A stretch of 62,017 nt of DNA, filler included. It is 3 parts of 3 records of this genome, joined end to end, with 100 filler letters (N's around TTAATTAATTAA, not from the genome) between each part and the next. Parts side by side here need not be neighbours in the genome. Positions count along the whole stretch, not along the records: positions 24,009 to 55,674 come from SRR31156797_1249; 2 more parts are not named here. The stretch is one strand, 5' to 3'. A program made the translations under genes and the position numbers. The notes beneath the pieces were generated by a model. That model was not told the DNA's origin and did no database searches. It saw nothing but the letters and a program-made list of their open reading frames with translations. Below are positions 46,800 through 54,476 of the stretch, piece by piece. Numbering within the stretch: position 1 is the stretch's first letter; each line of letters opens with the position of its first letter.

Positions 46800-49445
46800 C
46801 TACTTATTGCGTTTGAAAACCCAGCACTTCACAACCTTATTCTCATAGATTGCGCTTCGTACTGATCTGTTTTTTTCAATGAACTCATACTTTTTGGACT
46901 GCGGCAGCAGTTTTTTCAGGGACTTCATATCCGGCAGTTCCTGCCCCCTTTCCCTGCAGCGCTGGGTGAAGTGGTTCAAGTTGATAGCAATCTGATCCGG
47001 ATTGGTACTGTGGTTCAATCTGTATTCCGGTCCGGCATTAGTTTCAGAATCCAAATATCTGAAGGTTTCCCAGAACTGTTCTATCATTGGATGATCTGCG
47101 GCAAGGCGATCCTCACGCAATACCGCGCGGTGACGCAGGTAGTTCTGCAGCTTCTGCACCTTGCCATTATCAAAGGATGGAAACAGAACCTGAAGCGCAT
47201 GGCCACAGGCGGCAACCTGTGCATGATTCTTGGCGATACGTTCGTTTTTCAATACTTTTGAAAACTCGCCCTCGATGCGCTTGAAGGCTTCGAAGTATTT
47301 TTTCAAGATCTTCTTTTCATTTTTCAGGGCTGCAGCCAGAAAGCCGCAAACTTCTTCAACTGACTGTCTTTCGAAGAAACGCGCTATTTCACGGGAGCCG
47401 GGGCCATGATGGGATTTATCTGCATGGCAATGAACTATGCGCTGCAGCAGGGCTTCAGAGCCGTCCACCTCGGCGTTCTGGGAAATAATAAGCGAAGCCT
47501 GAAACAATGATTCCTCGACTTCGTTATTACGTCTGGCCACACCCAGCGTACCAGTTCCACGGCCGTTGAAAAACGGCTTGCAATCGTCAAAGTTAAACTG
47601 CACCTGCTTGCCGTTGCTGATCCCTGAATCACGGTCTGATTCAATGATAACAACGGGCAGGTTTGAGATCTGGTTAAACGCCCTGCGCCGTCCGGCCGTG
47701 GTGGCCTTCATAACGTCAAAGCCCTCATAAAGACGGCCGACCAGTTTCCACAGGAATTCAAGCGTGGTTGATTTACCTGCGCCCGGATCCCCGGTGTATT
47801 CAAAGAAGGGAAAGGACATTTGTTCCTTGCGGATCTGCTGCACGAAGAGCGTACCCAGCCAGAAGGCCAGCAAGGCAACTCCCTGCCAGTGGAACGCCTC
47901 CAAGTACTGATCAAACCACTTAGGATCGAATTCACCATCACCGGAAATCTTGATTGACTTCAGACCGGGACGGATAAACTGTTTACCCAGATCAAAGAAC
48001 TTATCTTCATTGAGGGGAATTTCACGGCCCTTGTGATAGGCCACAGTAGGATAAATGTACGCTTCGGCCGCGCTATCATATCCAATGTAAGGCACGGACC
48101 GGACAACCGGAAGCTGATTGCGGAGCCAGCGCCCTGTCAAAATACGCATGTCGGCCGGGGAGCCGTTGAAGATCCCGCCGCCGGTTCTGTTCAGCAGAGC
48201 CTTGTGGAAGGCATCAGCGGAAGCAATGTGCGTTCCCTCAAGGCGGACAACTTCCGGTTCACCCTTCGGGGTATTGATTTTGAAAACGTACCATTGTTCG
48301 TCCAGAATTTCGTCAACTTCACGGTACATGCACTGAGGATCCCGGTTGCAGATTTCCATCACATCACAATTAGCAATGAAAGTAGGAAGTGCTACTTCAT
48401 TATCTATTGTAGTTTCTTCATTAGCTAAATCTTCCGTCAGCTGGGATATATCCACGCTTACGCTGTATGTTCTGGACCTGAAGCCGATAACGAAACGTTT
48501 GGAAGTTCTGCGGCAGTACTGGTGATAGGCATACTCTTCAACCGTTTCGGCCATAAGCAGCTTGCCACGGTACCGGCAATCGTCCATGAGCTTCTTATCA
48601 ATCTTCCCGGCCCTGTGCAGATCGTCCCAATCCTGATCTACCGGGGGAACATAGACTTCATATTTTTCACCCAGTACGCGCAGTTTACGCGCATGCTTCT
48701 GAACATACTTTATTCCGGCCTTGTCACCGTCCAGAGCCAAACACCAGATAATGCCCTTGCCCTTGTTCTTTTCTATGAATTCTTTGGGATAGTGGTTGCT
48801 ACTGAAAGCTGCAAAAGATTTCCGGTCATGATGGGCCAAGGCGATTGAATGAAAGATCCCTTCCACCCAGAAAGCACGGTCACCTTCTTTCAGCTCTTGG
48901 CCCGGGGGGGACCAAACATCCCCCCGGTATATGGAACCATCAGATTTACGTTTACCTGCGAAATTGGCTTTCTGACCATCGTCCTTAGTCATATCTATCA
49001 GCCGTTCCCAGTAGCGGGTTCGTTCTGCATCAATATAAAACCTGATAGTGCTGCAGGATTTACCCGTATCTGGAAAGCGGTAAGCCTGTTGCTCATACCA
49101 GCCACGGATCCGCGAGAGGTCAAAGCCGCGGTTAATAGCCAGATAAGCATCAGCGGTTTTGTTCGGTTCTTTATCCGTGGCCGGGAAACGCTTATCAAAA
49201 TTGCTGAAGATATCCGGGAATAATTCCCGTGTAGATTCCTCGTAACCGCAATTGTTCAGCCGGTTGCATTTCACCTGCCACGGTTTATCCTTGGAAATGA
49301 AGCATTCCTTTTTTCCGCAACTCGGGCATTTTCCCTGGATAAACATGTTTCCGGTTTCCCGGAACTGAAACTGCGGATCCGTGCGGAGTGCTTCCACCAG
49401 CTCGTTGATATTAATCGCGGGGGAGTTTGGATTATTCTTGGTCAT
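46800..49445 (-). CDS. Primase-helicase (Zn finger-Toprim-P-loop helicase-CTD)
   Basis: CPSC...CNRLNNC, WVEGIFH, ALDGDKAG, DWDD, Walker A GDPGAGKST. Confidence 0.92.
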   Translation of the reverse strand: MTKNNPNSPAININELVEALRTDPQFQFRETGNMFIQGKCPSCGKKECFISKDKPWQVKCNRLNNCGYEESTRELFPDIFSNFDKRFPATDKEPNKTADAYLAINRGFDLSRIRGWYEQQAYRFPDTGKSCSTIRFYIDAERTRYWERLIDMTKDDGQKANFAGKRKSDGSIYRGDVWSPPGQELKEGDRAFWVEGIFHSIALAHHDRKSFAAFSSNHYPKEFIEKNKGKGIIWCLALDGDKAGIKYVQKHARKLRVLGEKYEVYVPPVDQDWDDLHRAGKIDKKLMDDCRYRGKLLMAETVEEYAYHQYCRRTSKRFVIGFRSRTYSVSVDISQLTEDLANEETTIDNEVALPTFIANCDVMEICNRDPQCMYREVDEILDEQWYVFKINTPKGEPEVVRLEGTHIASADAFHKALLNRTGGGIFNGSPADMRILTGRWLRNQLPVVRSVPYIGYDSAAEAYIYPTVAYHKGREIPLNEDKFFDLGKQFIRPGLKSIKISGDGEFDPKWFDQYLEAFHWQGVALLAFWLGTLFVQQIRKEQMSFPFFEYTGDPGAGKSTTLEFLWKLVGRLYEGFDVMKATTAGRRRAFNQISNLPVVIIESDRDSGISNGKQVQFNFDDCKPFFNGRGTGTLGVARRNNEVEESLFQASLIISQNAEVDGSEALLQRIVHCHADKSHHGPGSREIARFFERQSVEEVCGFLAAALKNEKKILKKYFEAFKRIEGEFSKVLKNERIAKNHAQVAACGHALQVLFPSFDNGKVQKLQNYLRHRAVLREDRLAADHPMIEQFWETFRYLDSETNAGPEYRLNHSTNPDQIAINLNHFTQRCRERGQELPDMKSLKKLLPQSKKYEFIEKNRSVRSAIYENKVVKCWVFKRNK

Positions 49446-49456
49446 TGAACACCCAC

Positions 49457-49984
49457 CTAAAAAGGAAGTTCTTCAAAAAAGTCATGAACGATTTTCTTAG
49501 CCAAATCTTCATTCATTTTTTCAAAGTAAGTTTCAGCTTCATCCCAACCGGAATCGCTATCCTTATAGACCTTGTTCATTGCTTCAATAGGTCCACCCCA
49601 GCCCAACAAAAAGGAGGTGCATACCTCCGGGCCGTTCGGTCCTTCGTCCAGCAGGACTAAGATCTGGCCATACTCTTCAGTTTCGTACAGCTTCGCAAAT
49701 GGGGTAATGCATGCGAGTGCTTCAGGAATGTAAAGGTCGAATTCCTCTGTTGCTGAAGAAACAGCCATAATTGCTTCCGCTTCATTGTATGCGCCAAATA
49801 CATTCTCTGCTGCTTTCCAACCAGCTTCTGTGTTTTTAAAGCTTCCACTGATCGAACAAATGCCCAAACCGGAAGGCTTAAACGAAACCTTAACTTCCGG
49901 GAGTCTGTTGTTTGCTCCAACGGTGATCAAAATCTGGCCATGTTTCTCAGTCTCATAGAGTTTTGCGAATTCAAGCTTATTCAT
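49457..49984 (-). CDS. Hypothetical protein made of two tandem homologous domains
   Basis: FAKLYETE.(H/Y)GQIL...PEV..SF...GW..AE..F occurs twice. Confidence 0.75.
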   Translation of the reverse strand: MNKLEFAKLYETEKHGQILITVGANNRLPEVKVSFKPSGLGICSISGSFKNTEAGWKAAENVFGAYNEAEAIMAVSSATEEFDLYIPEALACITPFAKLYETEEYGQILVLLDEGPNGPEVCTSFLLGWGGPIEAMNKVYKDSDSGWDEAETYFEKMNEDLAKKIVHDFFEELPF

Positions 49985-50237
49985 CTTCGCCCCCTTCGTC
50001 CTCGAGCGGGGTTACTTCCACACGAAACCGCTTTTCACCAAAGGAAACGATATGGTAAGCGGATTCGCCATATTCAACGCCGTTCAGTACTTTTTGGATA
50101 ATTGCTGACCAGACTTCGCCGTCAATGGGCTTATGCTCTATGGGTTCATACAGATTTTCGCCGTGGGTATAGAGATGAATTCCATTTGTTGAGCTGCAAA
50201 AAGCAACATTCACGTTATCAAGATTAATGCTATCCAT
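49977..50237 (-). CDS. Hypothetical protein
   Basis: GAGGTG RBS before MDSINL; overlaps neighbours. Confidence 0.6.
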   Translation of the reverse strand: MDSINLDNVNVAFCSSTNGIHLYTHGENLYEPIEHKPIDGEVWSAIIQKVLNGVEYGESAYHIVSFGEKRFRVEVTPLEDEGGEDE

Positions 50238-50478
50238 GCTGCACCTCACTAGGAAAATAAGTAGTTTCAGTGCATACCTTGATCCGAAATAGCTTTTTAT
50301 TCCCTTCGGAGTCGGTAACTTCAATGGGCGGCATATCGTCAAATTCATCTTGTGTTACTACCGTTCCGACTTCAGCTTCTTCTTGAGCAAAGTGGCTTGC
50401 AGCTATGTCCGCGCTGGCCCTGTGGTAAACACCCTCTTCAGCATCATCATTAAGAAATTTTACTGAGAACCGTTCCAT
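50230..50478 (-). CDS. Acidic hypothetical protein
   Basis: TAATG coupling to the upstream gene. Confidence 0.6.
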   Translation of the reverse strand: MERFSVKFLNDDAEEGVYHRASADIAASHFAQEEAEVGTVVTQDEFDDMPPIEVTDSEGNKKLFRIKVCTETTYFPSEVQHG

Positions 50479-50681
50479 TACTCTTCCCCTCCATTTTCAA
50501 ATTCAATTGCATCATCCAAAACAACCGCGCAGTTGCAAACCGACTGCCTAATAAAATCCAAAAGGCTTTTGGCTCCGGCGGAGACTTCTGTTTCCGGGAG
50601 TGTTTCAATTGTTTCGAGAGCACAACATGCGTTGAAAAGGTGGGTGATTGCCTGATCGGCAGTAAGGTCTTGTCTGGCCAT
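50478..50681 (-). CDS. 67-aa first gene downstream of the antisense RNA (icd/kil-like position)
   Basis: GGAGG RBS immediately follows the antisense target; start MARQDL. Confidence 0.7.
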   Translation of the reverse strand: MARQDLTADQAITHLFNACCALETIETLPETEVSAGAKSLLDFIRQSVCNCAVVLDDAIEFENGGEE

Positions 50682-50731
50682 GATAGCCTCCGTAGTAGTT
50701 TTAGGTGTCGGTTGCCCATCGACCAAAAAAA

Positions 50732-50802
50732 AGAGCAACCAGAATTCCTAACACCTACTACGATGCCTTCATGCCTCACGACATGAAGATTCTGGTTGCC
50801 CT
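50732..50802 (-). ncRNA. C4/CI-like cloverleaf antisense RNA
   Basis: 14-bp closing stem, hairpin with GUGA tetraloop, hairpin with GUAGUA loop and UAGG bulge complementary to 50909-50925 and 50691-50705. Confidence 0.75.
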
Positions 50803-50929
50803 GTCTATCAGGATGGAAGTGCAGAAAATAAACTACACCTATCCTGTCAGATTCATTAAGGGGTGCGCTAATGCGCAATAAAAAATCTCCGGTAAGGCTG
50901 GAGCACACCGTAGTAGAATTAGGAAGCTC

Positions 50930-50959
50930 AGAATGCCCCCTAAAACTAAAATTTGTCAA
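50930..50959 (-). promoter_or_regulatory. Putative sigma70 promoter of the antisense RNA/primase operon
   Basis: TTGACA-N18-CATTCT, with an operator palindrome just upstream. Confidence 0.5.
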
Positions 50960-50964
50960 GAGGG

Positions 50965-50981
50965 TAGGATAGACTATCCTA
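50965..50981. promoter_or_regulatory. 17-bp operator-like palindrome
   Basis: TAGGATAGACTATCCTA. Confidence 0.7.
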
Positions 50982-51037
50982 CACTGTGAATATTCGTTAT
51001 AAGAATCACCCAATAATTCTATAAGGAGATTCTTATT

Positions 51038-51715
51038 ATGACTGAAGATTATATTGTTGAAATCAAGGGCAGCGGGAAGAATCCGTATAAGGTTAATTTG
51101 AAAACTTATGCCTGCACTTGTCCTGATTGGCGGAACTGCCGAGCACAGCAGTCCATGGACTCTCCCAGAAGACTTTGCAAGCACCTTATCAAAGCTATTT
51201 GTGAAAACGGACTTGAAGGGGAATTCCCTACCGCTGACTTGCAGAGCCTGTATAAAAAGAAAAAAGGCTACCCACTTCCGAAGGATATTAACTTCCTTGC
51301 TGAAACTCACTTCCAGCAGGAAGTCGATACCGAATCCGTCAAGCGTATTCAATTCCTCATGGGTGACCATAATACGCTTAAAAATTGTAAGGAGTTCTTC
51401 AAAATCACAGAAGACGGCCCTGTATTGAGCCATGTTTCCAGTAGGCGTGATCTGCGCTGTGGGTGTGAACGTCTGTGCTGGTTGGGGCTCGCTGATAGCT
51501 GTGCTGATAAGTCTGCGGCAGAACTCCTTGACGGCTTGGCTCTGAAGGATCTGCGCAATATCGGCGGCGTTCTGGGTGAAACTTTCAAAAGCAAACCTTC
51601 CGGAATTAAAATCCTCTCCGAACACCCGGAACTTGATTCCGCTTTTACTGAAGCTGGATTTAACAAAGAAGATTTTTTTATCCTGAAACCGCTTAATCTG
51701 GATATGTTGCGGTAG
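51038..51715 (+). CDS. SWIM zinc-finger protein (accessory, opposite to its operon context)
   Basis: YKVNL...CTCPDW...LCKHL SWIM signature; AAGGAG RBS. Confidence 0.8.
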   Translation: MTEDYIVEIKGSGKNPYKVNLKTYACTCPDWRNCRAQQSMDSPRRLCKHLIKAICENGLEGEFPTADLQSLYKKKKGYPLPKDINFLAETHFQQEVDTESVKRIQFLMGDHNTLKNCKEFFKITEDGPVLSHVSSRRDLRCGCERLCWLGLADSCADKSAAELLDGLALKDLRNIGGVLGETFKSKPSGIKILSEHPELDSAFTEAGFNKEDFFILKPLNLDMLR

Positions 51716-51984
51716 CTCCGGAGCCTCATTTCTTTTCAATACGAATCTTCTCATTTTTCACCCTTCATAAAAAAACGCCCTTTCCAGCCACTGGTCAGGG
51801 CGTTTTCTATTTTATTTTGTATCGCTCTTGTATTTTCATTTATTCTGCGGCCCTCCCTCGGATATTCCGCGCCGTGCGGATTGTTAGGGGAGGTGGAGCA
51901 CGGGAGGACCACAGAATTAAGCCGGTTAACCCTATTCCGGCAGGCTTGATATTAGGAGAAGGTTTATTTTGAGATGCTTTGTTC

Positions 51985-52725
51985 TTAAACAGCTAAAAAA
52001 CCGTATCTTGCATTCATAATGGCCAGACCAATCATATAGGCTTCTTGTGGAACTACGGCGTTTCCGAGTCCTTTATTTCTGTCCAACCTTCGGGAAACCC
52101 CATCAGTATTTCTGTAAGCTCTGGCACCGGCTGTGGATGGCCAAGAACAAGGGAACAAAAATCCACCCAATTGTTTTTTAGCGGATTGGACACATTCTTT
52201 CTTGGATTCTTGCGCCCTCCCTTGAAACACGTTGCATTCGGTGTGGGCCAAAATCCATACTCTATTTCTCTGGTGTCGTGCCCCGACAGCTGCAGCTGGA
52301 ATAACGAGCGGCCAGCAGGTGTAGCCGATTCCTTCCAAGTCAGATAAGACACTGTCGAGACCCAATGTGATGTGCCCATCAACATTCTCAAACAAACACC
52401 AAGAGGGGAGTTTTCCCAGTTTTCTGAAACCGCAAAGGATTCGAACAATTTCCGGCCAGAGGTGGCGGTCATCTTCTTTGCCTTTTCGCTTCCCGGTTCT
52501 GGAAAATGGCTGGCAGGGATATCCACCGCACAACAAGTCAACAGGGGGAATCTTTCCGGCCGGCACTTTGGTAATGTCTCCAAGATTGGGCACATTGGGC
52601 CAGTGTCGTTTAAGGACTGCGCTACAGTATTCATCAATTTCTACCTGCCATTTTATTTCCATTCCGGCCCATTCCAGCCCGAGATCCAGCCCACCGATAC
52701 CTGAAAATAGAGAACCGACTTGCAT
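51985..52725 (-). CDS. DNA (cytosine-5) methyltransferase, large chain (motifs I-VIII and X)
   Basis: SLFSGIGG, GGYPCQPFS, FENV, HQRNRVW, LGNAVVP. Confidence 0.92.
   Translation of the reverse strand: MQVGSLFSGIGGLDLGLEWAGMEIKWQVEIDEYCSAVLKRHWPNVPNLGDITKVPAGKIPPVDLLCGGYPCQPFSRTGKRKGKEDDRHLWPEIVRILCGFRKLGKLPSWCLFENVDGHITLGLDSVLSDLEGIGYTCWPLVIPAAAVGARHQRNRVWILAHTECNVFQGRAQESKKECVQSAKKQLGGFLFPCSWPSTAGARAYRNTDGVSRRLDRNKGLGNAVVPQEAYMIGLAIMNARYGFLAV
52053..52472 (-). CDS. Overlapping-frame methyltransferase small chain carrying motif IX (start uncertain; frame open from 52637)
   Basis: WPTP and PELTEILMGFPEGWT in an alternative frame inside the MTase gene. Confidence 0.72.
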   Translation of the reverse strand: MTATSGRKLFESFAVSENWENSPLGVCLRMLMGTSHWVSTVSYLTWKESATPAGRSLFQLQLSGHDTREIEYGFWPTPNATCFKGGRKNPRKNVSNPLKNNWVDFCSLVLGHPQPVPELTEILMGFPEGWTEIKDSETP

Positions 52726-52729
52726 TGAA

Positions 52730-53230
52730 CTATGCTTTAGACATTTTCTTGGTGTCAGCTAATTCTCTTTCCAGATTCCGTAGTTTGCCGATCATGGAAT
52801 AGACTTCAGCATTAACCTGCAGCAATTCGCGAATTACCCTGCGGACTTCATGAAGCTCCAGAATTCCATCCTCTATTGCTTCGCTGGCAGCGCGGCCCAC
52901 ATCACTGGTCTCTTTGAATAAACTGGCGGAGTCTTTCAACAAACCAACGCAGTCGACTTCTTCATGTTCAATTTGCTGATTGTTAACAGTTCTATCCGCG
53001 TGGGCTACCAGCCAAAGAATGATAATGTCGTTGCCTAGCACCTCACACATTTGAATCAGCTTTTCATAGCTGGTGTAGTATGGCTCCGTTGAAAAAATAC
53101 GGTGGCAGTTACTGAACTCGTAACTCATTTCCTTCGCCACTTCCTTTTCACTTTTCCCGCTTACCTCAAGTGCCATTCTAAAAGCGTCATAGGGTTCCAA
53201 CTTAAGAAACTGCTGCATCTCAAAATTCAT
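52730..53230 (-). CDS. CII-like (186 CII/CP76-type) regulatory protein
   Basis: N-terminal HTH (KEVAKEM), C-terminal EAIEDG...E...I..E; second gene of the lytic early operon. Confidence 0.65.
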   Translation of the reverse strand: MNFEMQQFLKLEPYDAFRMALEVSGKSEKEVAKEMSYEFSNCHRIFSTEPYYTSYEKLIQMCEVLGNDIIILWLVAHADRTVNNQQIEHEEVDCVGLLKDSASLFKETSDVGRAASEAIEDGILELHEVRRVIRELLQVNAEVYSMIGKLRNLERELADTKKMSKA

Positions 53231-53242
53231 TGTTCAACCTTC

Positions 53243-53509
53243 CTAATTGTGAAATTTAGCCATACGACACGCCTTGCGGATATCAGCCGCTGATACCCCG
53301 AATTCATCACGCAAGATTTTCAGAGTCCTGCGGAGCTGCACATACTTGGCCGCCAAGACAATGGCGCGGCGTGCGCTGGAGGACATAACCAGTTTCTTGC
53401 GCTGGTTGCGGTAAACCCGGGGGTCTGCCTTCAAAAATCTTGCAGAGCTAGAATAAGACCCGAACTCTTGTCTCAAAAATTCAAAGTGTCGTATTATTGT
53501 CTTTGTCAT
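53243..53509 (-). CDS. Cro/Cox/Apl-like small basic DNA-binding protein
   Basis: FGSYSSSARFL HTH-like segment; first gene divergent from the repressor-like gene. Confidence 0.5.
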   Translation of the reverse strand: MTKTIIRHFEFLRQEFGSYSSSARFLKADPRVYRNQRKKLVMSSSARRAIVLAAKYVQLRRTLKILRDEFGVSAADIRKACRMAKFHN

Positions 53510-53518
53510 GCTTCTTGA

Positions 53519-53584
53519 TAGGATTTTTAATCCTAGCTAGTCAAGGACAAATAACACCCTTTACGCCTAGGATGGAAAATCCTA
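53519..53584. promoter_or_regulatory. Two 17-bp operator-like sites in the divergent switch region
   Basis: TAGGATTTTTAATCCTA (53519-53535) and TAGGATGGAAAATCCTA (53568-53584). Confidence 0.75.
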
Positions 53585-53611
53585 TCAAGGACAAAAATAC
53601 ACGGAGACAGT

Positions 53612-53890
53612 ATGGATAACGATTTTGAAAGAGAGCTGATTAAGTATGTTACGCGCTGGTATAAAGATGCGGACATGACTCATTCAGACTTTGCCCGTAA
53701 GTTTTTTCATGAGCTTTCAGAGGAAATAGCCGTACGACAATGGCGGCGGGTTCGTGACCCAAAAAAAAGCGGAAATATCAGGAAGTTAACCCTAACAGAA
53801 TCCCGCCGAATCAGTGAAATAATGGGCATGAAATTTTCAAATTTAATATGGCAAATTGAGCAAATAATTGAAAACAAAAAGGCCGGATAA
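53612..53890 (+). CDS. Putative immunity repressor (short XRE-like HTH, no peptidase domain)
   Basis: MTHSDFARK...LTLTESRRISEIMGM; co-oriented with xis-int. Confidence 0.55.
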   Translation: MDNDFERELIKYVTRWYKDADMTHSDFARKFFHELSEEIAVRQWRRVRDPKKSGNIRKLTLTESRRISEIMGMKFSNLIWQIEQIIENKKAG

Positions 53891-53905
53891 ACCCGACCTT
53901 CTTTA

Positions 53906-54061
53906 TTATTCCTCGCTATCAAGAGCGGCAATAATCTTATAAAATTTTTTCGCTAACATCCTCAATATACACGCCAGCCCGGAAGGAGCTGCATTGCAGC
54001 AAGTCTCTAGGGCTTCCGCCAGTTCATAAAGTTCTTCTATTAAGTCCTTAGTCTTGTCCAT
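53906..54061 (-). CDS. 51-aa protein (below the ORF-track cutoff)
   Basis: MDKTKDLIEELYELAEALETCCNAAPSGLACILRMLAKKFYKIIAALDSEE, GAGGTG RBS. Confidence 0.6.
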   Translation of the reverse strand: MDKTKDLIEELYELAEALETCCNAAPSGLACILRMLAKKFYKIIAALDSEE

Positions 54062-54119
54062 TTTTTACACCTCTGAATAACAGCGCTTGTTAGATTTCAT
54101 GTATAAGAATCTTGATAAT

Positions 54120-54169
54120 TAGGATATTATAGCCTAGTTTTCCCATTCAAGTTAGGAGATAAAAGCCTA
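54120..54169. promoter_or_regulatory. Two further 17-bp operator-like sites upstream of xis-int
   Basis: TAGGATATTATAGCCTA (54120-54136) and TAGGAGATAAAAGCCTA (54153-54169). Confidence 0.65.
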
Positions 54170-54239
54170 ATAAGATAATATATTACTCGGCTTTTATTCA
54201 TGATTTGTACCATTTATTAAGTTTTCTAAGGGGAGACTA

Positions 54240-54476
54240 ATGGAGACAACTTTCGATATACGAGGACCATTTTATAACCAGAAAAAGGCAGCAGAATACT
54301 GCGGCTATTCGCCCTCTACCTTTTGCAAAAAAATAAAAGGCTTCAAGCTGCCCATGGCTGGCCCGGACCTTAAACGCTACCCGCAATCGGTACTAGATGC
54401 ATGGATGGCCAACCCGGAAGTTTTCCGGCCGCAAAAACGCAGAACAAAACACAAACCTATGAAGGTGACCGTATGA
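54240..54476 (+). CDS. Excisionase-like winged-helix protein
   Basis: KKAAEYCGYSPSTF...RYPQSVLDAWM; ATGA overlap with the integrase. Confidence 0.75.
   Translation: METTFDIRGPFYNQKKAAEYCGYSPSTFCKKIKGFKLPMAGPDLKRYPQSVLDAWMANPEVFRPQKRRTKHKPMKVTV

Noticed and set aside
50450-51754. 434-aa minus-strand ORF
   Set aside because: Antisense to the SWIM gene and runs through the RNA/operator region; no recognisable domain, though a short N-terminal peptide cannot be excluded
51985-52725. Frameshifted methyltransferase pseudogene
   Set aside because: Both frames are uninterrupted, and motif X returns in the outer frame after motif IX in the inner one; this needs two compensating errors, whereas a known two-chain arrangement explains it
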